A stretch of DNA of 63,999 nucleotides, the filler included, from Catajapyx aquilonaris (taxonomy: Eukaryota): NCBI GenBank assembly GCA_000934665.2. It is 4 parts of 4 records of this genome, joined end to end, with 100 filler letters (N's around TTAATTAATTAA, not from the genome) between each part and the next. Parts side by side here need not be neighbours in the genome. Positions count along the whole stretch, not along the records: positions 1 to 16,030 come from JYFJ02007313.1; 3 more parts are not named here. One strand, 5' to 3'. A program made the position numbers and the translations under genes. This document shows, piece after piece, positions 1 through 12,100 of this stretch (the first letter of the stretch is position 1; each line of letters starts with the position of its first letter). The notes below the pieces were generated by a model, which made no database searches, was not told where the DNA came from, and was given only the letters and a program-made list of their open reading frames with translations.

Positions 1-149
1 GGCGACAGTACGACTCGGCGTCGCTCATCTTGTCCTTCTTTGACCCACAACAATATATGAGGTGGTAAACAACAACTGACGTTTCTAGGTGATGGCGCTA
101 TGAACAAATGAAGTAATGACTGAAAAAATACGAGGTAAAAAAATCACAG

Positions 150-410
150 CTCCAATCCTGTAGCAGTGGGAACTGTGAGATTTTGAACATAGATCCGCAC
201 CATCCTACTGCATCTTTGGCCCGTTGAAGAAGGAACCGAATTCCGAATAGTTATTGAGCAAAAAAATTGAGACGTATTTTTTGGTGGTTGTAAATTTTTT
301 GCGGCGTTTTGAAGAGGAATTAAGTAAAAGTGTAAATGGTAGGAAATCAAGTCACGACGGTGGGGATCTGTGTTCAAAATTTGGAAGCTCTACCTACAGC
401 AGAACTTGAG
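150..410. repeat. Imperfect inverted-repeat element upstream of the first TANGO6 exon seen
   Basis: TTTTGAACATAGATCCGCACCATC (181-204) vs GACGGTGGGGATCTGTGTTCAAAA (~356-379). Confidence 0.5.
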
Positions 411-739
411 TTAGGGCGAATAAAAAAAACGTAACAAGAAGAAGAAGAACAACAAGTAGGAAAAATTCATTGTTGAAACATTGTTGAAATCTATGCTACG
501 GTCTTACTTAAGGGCTATCGCCCTTAAAATGAGAGTCAGAAAGTACTGTACAACTTTTTGTTTTGGTTTGGTTTGTAGGGAAAGTAAAATTCACAGACAA
601 AATGGGTTCAAAATATTGAATTACCTTTTTCCTTGTAGTTGTAATTACTGTATTTACCTTTTGTTTCCTAGCACTGGGTTTTTTCCAGTTACTTCTCAGT
701 TTGCAGCATGCAGTTTTGAGAAAGTATGTTTAATTTCAG

Positions 740-3700
740 GAGATGAAGCTGATTTAGACACAGTTCTGTCCAGGAACATAACTGCAGCCTGTGATCTTCT
801 GGGAGTGAAATCTTTGGCCTCTCTACCGACCCTCAGCAGTGTCCAAGCTAAAGTCAGCACAACAAATGGGATTCGGTACATATCATATTTTATTATGCAA
901 AGATAGCAAGATGTTATTTTTTTGCCAAACACTGACGCATTGTATTTCATTTCATTAAGGTGGCAGTATACATGCATGTGCCTGCATGTCCTTCTGGAAC
1001 TGCGAGAGGCACTTGCGGCAGCTTGTGATGACTTCAAAAAGAAGCAACCCAAACTGTCTACATCATCGTCGTCATCCTCAGCCACCTCAGGAGATGGGCA
1101 GACACCGCCTAGTCCATCCAGTCCTCCTCCTTCACCGTCTCCAGATGCATTGAGTGTCCAGCAGCAGAAGACCCTGCAGACAGTCTTTCAGTTCACAATA
1201 TGCTTTGGTCTACTCCCATACCTGCTGCCTGGGGTTGGGATCCCTCTGGAATGCCGGTCTGGCTTTGCAGGATTGGTTCGGGGGGCGCTGGAGAGAGGAT
1301 TAGGCGAAATGGAGGTAAGTTTATGATTTCAAGTGTTTGACATTATTTGTTCGAAGTAGTTGCATTTTAATAAGACCAGCTGGTGATATGATACAATAAT
1401 GACACGTTTGATGGTTATAGAAATACGAGCGCCTTGTGGCTGTGACACGTGGCCTCTTGGCCTGCTCCAAGCAGGTGACCTTGGGCGCCTTAGTCTTGAC
1501 TCGCCACCTTGGAGATGTTTTGGCTGCACTGGTCCAGCTGGCATTTGCTCCTCTGAAGAAACCAGAAACAGTTGAACTGAAAAAAGAGGAGAAGCAGAGT
1601 GAGCCTGCCCAGAAGCAGGTGTTTGTGATGACAGAGGAGCTGTGGGCCCGCCTCCAACGTGACAAGGCAGAGTTTCAGGACAGTCTCCAGTCACTCCTCT
1701 CAAGGGTTTACCAACCCATGGCTGTCAGGGAATTGCTGATGCTGCAGGGAATACCATCTGAAGCTGCTGCGGGAGGGAAGGAAACACCCAGCAGGACTCC
1801 CACATGGCTGAGGAAGACATGCGCCGTCTTACTTTCCGAAAGGCTCACCCGACCAGGCGGAGTAATATCAGTTGTCAAAGGAGTTCTGGATTCAGGGGTT
1901 GGGCAAGGTGGTCCCGAGGATTGGAGGCAATGTGAAGTTGTAGCAAAGCTAGTAGCCACTCCTCCTGCTCATGGATTAGCAGGGGAGGAGTACTTCAAGG
2001 TCATATGTCCACAGGTTAGTTTTCTAAAGTGTGTCATAAACTCATAATACAGTATTTTCCAAGTGATTGATCTGAAGCATTGCACCATTGCATCGGTACA
2101 CCATTTCACTCGTCATTAGATACTTAATGCATAATGGTGTCTGACAGCTCAGAGAATTTTATAAGACAATAATCAAGGTTTATGCAGAGTTTGAAACTTG
2201 TTTCATTACTATGTGCAGGTAATTGAGATGCTGACCCTGAAAGACCCTTCCCTGAGCCGTCAGTATGTCAGGGTGGCGGCAACCTGCATCCGTGTGATGG
2301 CAGACAGGTCTCACATCCTGGCCAAGAGGCACATATTTGACATCATAATGGAGCCCCTCCTACGCTGTTGCTGTGGAGATCCAGGAAATGTGGTTAGCTC
2401 AGAAAACTCATTAAAAAAAAAATGATATAATATTAAAAGTGAATTATTATACTTGCAGGATGTGAGCAGCAAGGAAGTGGGTGAATCTGATATGACCCGC
2501 TGCATTGAAAGCCTTCACCGCTGCTTTGTGTTGGGCACTGATCCATTTTGTCTGTATGTGATGAAACTCTCCCCCGTCATCCATGCTCTATTTGAGGTGC
2601 ATTGCGTAGTAAGGTTTGGCGCCTCTCACCTGCGCCAACCAGTGTGTGAGCTAATGCACAGGTTCCTGCGTCACTGTGAAGAAGAGCATAGGCTGAAGGT
2701 GATTGCCTGCTGGGCCTTTGGCGAGACCCAAGATGCCAAAGGAGTTCGGAAGTTTGATTCACATCTGCAGGTTGTTCCTGCTGGAGAAGGAGGTGTCAAG
2801 GTGAGATGAAATTGGTTGTATTTGCTTTATTTATTTACTCTTTTTGTTTCTCTGTTGCCGGTTTAAATCATGATCCAGTTTTCAATGAATTGCGATTAAG
2901 GGAACTTCATTGTGTGGTGCTGTATTTTTCATAATGACAAATGACAAGTAGTAGCAATAAATATTTAGGGAAATGGAGCATGGCCATCTTTGGACTATAG
3001 GCTAGGGATGTCTCAGGTTTAAGTTGGCATGGCAGGTTGCTACTTTTCCACAAATAAACCTTGAAAATTCATCCATCATAAAAGTGTATGGATTTTTCCC
3101 ACTCCATCTTATTACAAATCTAGCATTCAGGTATGTTTGGGAAAGTACAGCTGCAGCATTGTGCTCTTGTATTTACAGATCATAAAACGTGAGGAGTCTG
3201 CAGAAGAGACCTGGTTTGCAGCAGATGACCAGCGTGCAGTGTGTTTGGTGGACTTGGTGACAGAGACGCGGAATGAAGACCTTGCCAGCGAATTTTTCAT
3301 GAGCCTTTTGAAGGAGCTGACCTTAGTACTAGGGCACCAGGAGGCAGACACTGCATCAGGCAAAAAAAGCGGGCTGGACTCTTGTGAAGAGCTACTTAGG
3401 ATTGAGCAAGAAGTGGACAACAGCCTCAGGCTGCTCAGAAGGTCACTCATGGTCATCCGCCTGCTCTCACTTTTGTCTGAGCAGGAAAGCCTGCAGCAGA
3501 CTCTGCTCAGATCTCCTTCACAGACAATTGCCTTTGTGCAGGTGGGTTTTCTCTCTGTAACAACACTCAAGCAAGACACATTTTACTTGGATACAGTGTG
3601 AAGGGTTTTTATCACATTCAAAAAGTCCTTATTGGATGTTGCTTTCATGTATTTTTATTGCTGTGTGGTATGGGGACAATATTACCTAAAAATAGTATGC

Positions 3701-6309
3701 AATCAGGTACTTCCAAAGTAGATCTCCATCATAAATGTAGTAGCACACTGTGAGACAGCAACTCTAATCATAAGAAATGAAATAATGAGGACCTGGCCAT
3801 TACCGTCCCACATGCAAGTGGTGCAACTGCATTAGTGTGATCCATGAACTGTGACTTTTTAAAAGGCAACTCTTGAGAGGGCAGCCACTTTGTGTGAGTC
3901 AACAGAGTACAAAGAAGCTGGCTTCATGGAGGCAGAGAGTGTAACCATGGCCATGGGGGTGCTGGCCATGCTGGTTGGACAAGGGAGGCTGCAGTCGGAA
4001 GAGTGGGAACAGATGAAGGGAGCTTTGGAACCACTGCGGGTGAGTTTTAAATCTAAGGTAATACGACTTGCAGTGTGACTTAATTGGTCCTTAATTTTTA
4101 GATTTTGGTGACCCTGTATCCTGACAACCGTGTGCAAAGCATGGCTGAGGAACTGAGGATTGCCATTGCTACACATGGAGCTGTCAAAGGAGATGTGATG
4201 GGCAATGGTCCCAAGACACCTCAGGTGATAAAGACTTGTGTTAATTATGTGAATGGATTAGTTACATCCTTGTTTTGGACTTGAGGCTTACAAATACATC
4301 TTATGGAGTGAGCCTACAGTTGACATGAGCTGAGTTTTAAAAATGTGGTACATTAACGGACAATTTAAATAATAGAGTGACATATCTGCATTTAGGGTTC
4401 AAGGGAAGCATCACCTCAACGGGAGAGGAACCAGTTCTCACCTCAGAAGCCAGAGAAGACCACAGCAAACAGAGAGAGCAGAAAGCACGAGAGTGAAGAA
4501 GCAAGCAGAAGCCCATTCCAGCAAGTGTTGTATGATCTGAGTGATCCAGACTTGCCAGTTAGAGGTCACGCCTTGCTGCATTTGGCCAGGCTGGTCCTTG
4601 CTAAGGACCAGGAGACAATGACGAATCGGGAGAGAGTTCTCCGGATATTTCAGGAGAACCTTGAGCATCCTGACTCATACCTGTACCTCGCCGCTATCCA
4701 GGGATTGGCCACACTTGGAGACCTGTTCCCAGAGAAGGTCCTAGAGATCCTGACGGCAGAGTTTGCACAGTTTCCAGCAAGGTCCACTGGGTTCAAAGAG
4801 GAGGGACCCAGTCTCAGGCTTAAGATTGGAGAAGTCCTGGTTCGGATTGTGCGTTCATTAGGTTAGTAGTACTCCTTGCAACGTCTGAGAAATTGATAGT
4901 AGAATGTCATTGTAAATATTATACCATATTTTACTTCACAAGTACTGACATGCCGGTACAGTACATTAGATAACAAGATCGTGAAGTATGACATTACATG
5001 TGGGGATTATCAGCTTTCTGATATTGATTGCTTGGTAGAAATTATTTCTTTTCATTGTAGTGATGAAAAAATTACGAAAGGCTGCGCACTGCTGGGAGCA
5101 TGTTATTTTTCACCGGAAATATTTAGTTCCACCATAATTTGCCTCCTTTTTTTGCTGGTGTTTTAGCCGTATTTTATGCCCATCCATGTCACTGCGAGTA
5201 CTTGATCAAGTTTTGTAGTGTGGGCCACTTCTTTTTGACTCTCCTGTTGTTATGAAACTCAACCTGCCACTAATAGTGTTTCTTGTATGAAATTGATTTG
5301 TACTGTCCAATTTTTCAGGTGATTTGGCTCCACATCATAAAGGACCACTCCTTAACTCCTTCCTAATTAGTGCCAGGGATCCTGATCCCTCGGTTAGAGC
5401 ATCTGCAGTGTCTAATCTGGGGCAGTTGTGCCAACTTCTCAGGTTTAGCATTGGACCCATTGTGCAAGAGGTAAGTTAAATAATTCTGCTTTCAGTCCCT
5501 ACAGCCAAAGTTTGATGGAAAGTGAAGGACAAAAAAGTGCTTTCCAGAATTAACTTTCGAACTGTCCTGAGTGGATTATTATTTTCAGCTGTTTGCCTGC
5601 TTGTCATCCCTTGTATGGCATGATCCAGCAATTGACGTCCGCAGGGCTGCCATTGATGTACTTACTCGCCTTCTTAGAGGCCTGGGTGCTGATGCCTTTA
5701 GGGTAATGTTTAATACTTATACTGTACATACTCTCTGTTTTAACCTTGCAGTGGAAGTACTGTCCCTTTCTTCGTGCCAGCCAGTCATGAATCAAAATGA
5801 TGTGGAACTCGTACATGATTGGCTGCTGAGAGGAAAGAGGAGGTACTTCCATTGCAAGGGTAGAACAGATGGGGTGTAATGTTCCATACCTTCAATAGTG
5901 TATTACTCGACAATATGCGGCATGCTAATATAAAACGAGGTTGAACAGGGAACCAGTATAAAGTGGGGGGGTTACACTGGCATGCCATTGTAGCCACCAG
6001 ATTTGTGTGCTCTAAAATCTTATCAACCTGGTTTTTACCAGCATGCCACATATTGTTGAGTAATCCAGTACATAGGGAAAGGACTGATAAGTTACAAAAT
6101 TATTATTTCAATGCCAGGTTTTAGAAGGGGTCTTACGTGACCTTTACCGCACTCTGAAGCAGCTGCAACAGAGGGAAAATGATGAAGTGCTCCTGACCCA
6201 TGTTCAGCTGGCATTAGAAGAACTGGACCGCATTGTTTACGATGTCCTGTTTCCTCAGCAGCAGACGATGGAGAAGCGGATTCATGTTTTGGACCCTCCT
6301 CAGGGTTAA
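740..6309 (+). CDS. TANGO6: Transport and Golgi organization protein 6 homolog (5'-partial; first coding exon not found in window)
   Basis: Phase-consistent GT-AG exons: 740-875, 960-1314, 1421-2014, 2219-2392, 2459-2800, 3179-3541, 3866-4039, 4102-4224, 4396-4861, 5319-5470, 5589-5702, 6118-6309 (TAA). Motifs SPDALSVQQQKTLQ..FQF...GLLPYLLPGVGIPL, DPDLPVRGHAL..L, DSYLYLAAIQGL, RLKIGEVL and C-terminal HVQLALEELD.I...LFPQQ..EKRIHVL match TANGO6/Rtp1 as remembered. Confidence 0.93.
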
Positions 6310-7549
6310 AGAAAAGAAAATGTTTCAGTGCCCGTTATTACTGCAGGCAAGTAGAGTAACTTTGAACCAAAGAATGAAAAACGCTACTTAAAAATGAATA
6401 CTCAACGATACTCAGTTTTTAAATGCAGCCATTTCTTTAGAAGTAAGGATCACGTTGTTGCTAAGTTTGAGGGAAGTACCAGAACACTTAATTGACAAGT
6501 TGGATGGCAACATTGATGTACCTTGTTTTATTATGTGGAGATAGATTAAGTCGTAACTCCCATCACAATGATTTGTTTCTTGAAAGTGTGAAGAACATCA
6601 TGCCCATCACACAGTTACACAAATAAGGGAAAATTGAAAAGAAAAAAAAAGCGCCTTTATGATAAAGAGACCAAAAAAGTTCATCTATCACAATCATGTG
6701 TGGAGTAGAAAGTACAATGATTCACGTGGGATATGAATTAGATACTATTTAGCTACTTTAGGTGCCCCCGATAGAATTGGGCAGGAGATGCAGTATTTAA
6801 ATCCAGCATTATAGGAGAAGTATTACGTGCACAAGATATTTGTTTCATACCTTCTTGTTTTTTAAATTAATATCTCCAACTTGTCGATGGCAACATATCA
6901 GCGCATGAATTACATATCAGATTCTTCCATATCCCAACTCCGTAGTGAGCTCAACTACCATTATTTCCTCACAACTTCACAAGAAACAGTGCCAAGAGAA
7001 TCTCGTAACAGAAAGAATCTTTTTCGGGTTGTTGAAGAGCTGCTGATGCCAGAGAGAAAAAAAGAACAAGAAGAACACGAGTGAATTTTTCTCACTTTTG
7101 TAAGTCTCAACTTTTTATTGGGATAGGTGTGACTTTTACTCTTCATATCCTTTTCACAATTGCTGTCCTGTATCTATTGTCATTCCTCTAGAGAAGGTTT
7201 TTTCATAGCAAGTTAGAGAGTGACTCATGAGTTGTGAAGAATCTCACATGGAGTGGTTTTATTTTCTGTGTGATATTCAAACCCCTTGTGTTCATGCTGG
7301 TTTTCACAACTCACATCACCATTGAGTCATAGCTGGTAAGAGACTTGTAGTAGGAACTACCTATAGTCTTTGTGCCCGTGAAATTTCAACCTCCCAGTTT
7401 TTAGGATTGAATATGTGTGTGTGTTTTCCTCCATGTTCTCATTGTCTACAAAGTTTAAAAAAGGAATGGCTGGCAAGAATTGTTGCACATGTGCAAGTTC
7501 TAATCATGGTTGTCAATTATTTTCCATGGCTTGATGAAAATATCATTGT

Positions 7550-8200
7550 GGTGAGATGCTCAAAAGCTGTTGAGTTTGCTCGTGCCAAAGGTTACATCTT
7601 TGGAGAGATTGAGGCAGTTTTGTTGGGCCTGCAAGTGCACTTGGTTGTGTAAAGTTGATGGCAATGGACCAGGGGAAGGAATTGTGGGCGTTGTAAACAA
7701 ATATTCCTTCCCCTGAGTGTTGCAGTGTTAAGGTTAGTGCAAATTGGATATTAATTACCTCCTTATGTGTGCTTCCCACTGTACAGTTGAGTTTGAATAT
7801 TATTAAGTGAAGGATGGATAACGTTGAGAGGTGAAGAAATGAACAGTACAAGAGCATGCGCCATAAGTTACAGGCAACTTCATGTTTCAAACCTCAAATT
7901 GTACCTGACCGAAAGATTGCGCCAGACTCTTGTAAAACTGAATATGGTGAATTAAGAGTAGATGTGGTTTTCAGGGAAACCTCGGATGCCTCAGTTCCTT
8001 TGAGTCCATTCACACCACTGAAGTATAGCAAGCATTCAAGAAGCCTCATCTTACTAGCTTGAAAACCAAACTCTTCACACTTCATCTGGAGGTACAAAAA
8101 TTTAAAAGAAATCATACTTTGCAGCTTCTCGATGGTCTGCTAGCTATCGTTAATCTGTGTAGGTATGTCACTGTGATGCAATGTATTCTAACGTTTATTG
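7550..8200 (-). mobile_element. Possible highly degraded non-LTR (CR1/L2-like) RT fragment
   Basis: Weak frameshifted resemblance to RT N-terminal motifs (e.g. SGVNGL); no intact ORF. Confidence 0.25.
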
Positions 8201-9172
8201 AATAGGGTTAGGTGAGGTTTTTTGTCTGTTGCCTTTTTATGCTTGTTTGTACAGTACTTCGAGTTTTTCCCTGATTCGATCATGCAACTTTCCTGGAGGC
8301 CAAATAATGCTGGTCTGGTTTACTCCATTTTGGTTAGGGCTGTTGTGCTTGTTTGTAATGAGATATTTATGACTGTTGTACAAAATATATAGCTCAGCGT
8401 GCTAATAAAGGATTGTTCCTGAAATGTGGTGCGAATTTTTGGAAACCAATATGTTCATAATGTTGAGAATAAGATTACTCAACAATGCAAAATATTCCTG
8501 TGAATGAGGTAGTTGGTGATGTGGTCATGGGGAATGCCCTTTTTCAAACAAATATCCCTTTGCATAAGGTAAATGGTCCATCAGTAAACTGACGATCCTA
8601 GAAGATCCTCAAACTCGGAGCCTCTACCTAGAATCAATAAAAAGAACTACCCATATAACAATATATTGCCAACAATGGATTTTCAGCTTTTGTGACTGTA
8701 CAGCCAAAAAAAAAAAAATCCAACACACCTAATCATTTTAAATGAAATCCTGACTTCTTTAGAAGTGGTTCTCTATCAAAAATTGTGTAGTTGTTGTTGC
8801 CATGGTCTTATGAAGGGATCAATAATGTTGATAAGATATTTCCATCACTGACCAATAATATTGTTGTCTGATATTATTTTGTAGTGCCCCACGATGAGGC
8901 GTAAGAGACCACGTAATACTCCAGGAAAACGCATCGGGGGAAAGGGTAAAACCACCACTGTGAACTCTATTCAGGACAACAGGTACAACACAATCCGTCC
9001 AGGAGGACGATAGACCAGGAACCAAGGAACTCCCTTTACATTCCAAAAATCACAACCTCAGGGTCCTGGGAACCAGGGCAACAGACAACAGCCGGGTTTC
9101 CTGGACACTACATATTTCAAAATAATGGATAGAATAAACATTTTGGACTTCATTTCCATCGAGTGATGGACA

Positions 9173-12100
9173 ATGGCCTGTAATCTGCTATTGACATGCT
9201 TTTTATGTCTTTGTGTCCTACTCAGCTGGATTTCACCCGTCACATACTGCCAGATCCTCACCAACTGGAGGCAAGTAGCTTATGGGCGATTTCAGGGTGT
9301 TTTGAATCAAATATTCTTCCTCGCATGAGACCAAATATTCAGAAGCCTTAACCAATCTCATAATAACAGATCTCACTTTCAGTTGAGAATGTAAGCTGAA
9401 CTGGGATAATTCTTTGTTGTACAGGTATCACAGCTTGGTAGGAGAAGAGGAGGAGGAACCACTATTCACCACCAGGACCTTCGTGAGTCAATACCATAGA
9501 AATTCATTGCACTACACCTTACAAGTATAGTGAAGTAATGATTTTTGCTGTTCTATGAGTATAAACATAAGTGTGTGAGAGTATGTGTTATCCGTTTTTG
9601 ATAATTATAATTCATGTACCCTGAAACGTTTTGCTCCTGACAATGAGTGCAAGAAGTTAGCAAAAGCAAAGTGAAAAAAAGTCACTTTTCTCACAAGACA
9701 TTTCAAGCCACAGTTATAATTTTCTGGCAGAATAGAATTTCTTAATACCATGCTCAAAATCCAGGTAGTCCAGTGCAGTAATACAGGATATTCCCTATGT
9801 TATTTATTTATTTATTTACTTATTGATTTTACCCTGTGATAGGGCTCTAAGCCCTTGTAGGGGGGTGGCACACCACCATCAGTTTTCTATTGTAAATACT
9901 TTTTCTTCAGTCTCTGGTGCAAGGAATCGAGGACATTGGGTAAGGGTAGGGATTTTCGGGGAGGGGACAAAAGTGCAGGTGCAATGTCTCAAGTTTGGGC
10001 CTTGTGCAGTCCCCCAGGAGGTTAGGTTGCCAGACACCTCCTTGGTGCAGGTCAGAGACCTCCCGACGCAGGTGAAAGGGAATTCCCAGGCGGGGATCGA
10101 ACCTGGGACCTTTCACTCAGCTACCACACCTTTCCCTGATATTCCCTATGTTTTTGCCCTGTTTTCTTGCCACAACAGCCTGATGGCATGCTATCATTGC
10201 ACTCAACAAGACATGGCAGTGACAATTTTATCAGAATTTTTTCATGCACTAATTCCAATTTCACATGTATAATTATTATACTGAGAATGTGTTGTTTTCT
10301 GCAGTTGTTACATCTAAGATCTAACAATACTTCTTCTTTTGGATCAGGTGTCACTGGAATATCTTAGTACAACCAGGGGTACAACTGGCTATGACAAAGT
10401 ATATTGGAGAATACCTAACACTTGTTTTCATACAAAATATTGGTAAGAGACGATTTCTGATCCTGTAAAATTAAAAGTACCCTTATCTAATTAATCATTT
10501 GTGCTTCTAAACTGGAAGTAATGATGGAAGAGAGGTATGGATACGATGCCCTGAAGAAGGCCTCCACAAAGTGTCAGCAGTAGTAGTGAATGAAAAAGGC
10601 CAGAGCGAATCTGGATGTGACGACAATCCGTCCAGCTTGGAAACACGGGAAAACACTGCAGCTCCTCCATCTCCAGACAATGCAAGTGTTTGATTTTGTA
10701 TGTGTTGTCAAAGGTACTCATTGGCATTGCTTAACTTTTTTCAGGTCACTGTTTTTGAAACGGATGAACGGGTAATTTTGTTTCGGCATTCACACCTGTG
10801 CTTCAGATGGTATGCTATACCTTTACCATTGGATTGGAAAGATGACAGTGATTTTCAGTTAGACGATTTGAAAGTGTATGATGATTTCAATGCCAACAGA
10901 GGTAGGATGCATGCATCTTGAACACTGATTTTCATTTTTACTTTTAATATGTAATTTTGCAGGAGGTGACGTTCAGGATGTGGTTCTGGAGGAGCAGCCT
11001 CGGGCACTGTTCGATATTTTCAGAAGTAGCTCTTATGTGAGTTCATGATTATGCTGAGTATTATGATGGTAGTTTATAAAGTTTAAATAAATAACTCATG
11101 AACGATATTTTAACTCCTTTTAACGTAGACAATGCGTGTATGGATAATGGATCCGACACAGTGCTCAGTACGAGAACTCAGAGGTCAGGCCACGGCTCCT
11201 TCCTATTATTCCCAGCTTTTGACTGAACATTTTCATGCCCGAAGATTGAGCCCAAAATTTCACAGCTTAGTGATGAGCATGTCTTTGAGCAACCCTATAG
11301 ATTACTCTACTTCTACATTTAACGAAGATGAAATGTTGGTCCTAGTGTCATTTTTGTTTTCATGAGCTGTCATGAGAGCTGATATTCATTACTTTGGGAC
11401 AGGTATTGGGAAGTGGAGGTGAAAGTAGATCGACCAAAGTTGTTCATAAACCGCTATGATATCTCCTATGAAGTCAGTAGCACCCTTCAAATTCACATGT
11501 TCAGCTGTGTGGTACGGTTAGTTGCATGTTTATTTGTCTTGCTAGCAATCATGTTTGGTTATGTGCACTTAAAATATTTAGAGGATATTGGAACCTGTGG
11601 GAACCTGCCTGTGACTGACTCAATGCAGTAGAAGCTTAACCGATTACAGAAATTTTGTTTGCAGAATTTTTAATTATTGCAGTCAGAAATCTGTTCAGTA
11701 CAGAAGTTTCTTTCAGAGTGGAGTGTGCAACTCAGGCAAAGGCCTGTTCATTGTAATCCTTTTACAAAAGAAGGAGTGGTGTGAAATATTGTTGGCAAAA
11801 AGGATACGCTGATTCTGGTGGCAATAATGTTTTATTTCCTTCACCATGCAAAACTTCCAGAGATTAAGCAGGCTTATTCAGACCTCCTGGATTATGTCTT
11901 TGACTAGAGTGTTTTTAATAATATTGTTTCTATTGGGGAAGACGTTGGAAAATCTTCACATTGTTGCAGAATTATGCAATACATCTATGCCCGATTGCAC
12001 CAACCGAAATCACCAATCCGATAGCTCCGAATTGATCGTTAGGAGCCCTTTTAAACATGTGCTACTGATCTGTTAGGAGCTATCGAATCGGTAATTTCGT

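Noticed and set aside
336..434. ATG-initiated ORF as TANGO6 exon 1
   Set aside because: It lies in one arm of an inverted-repeat element and lacks a convincing in-phase donor.
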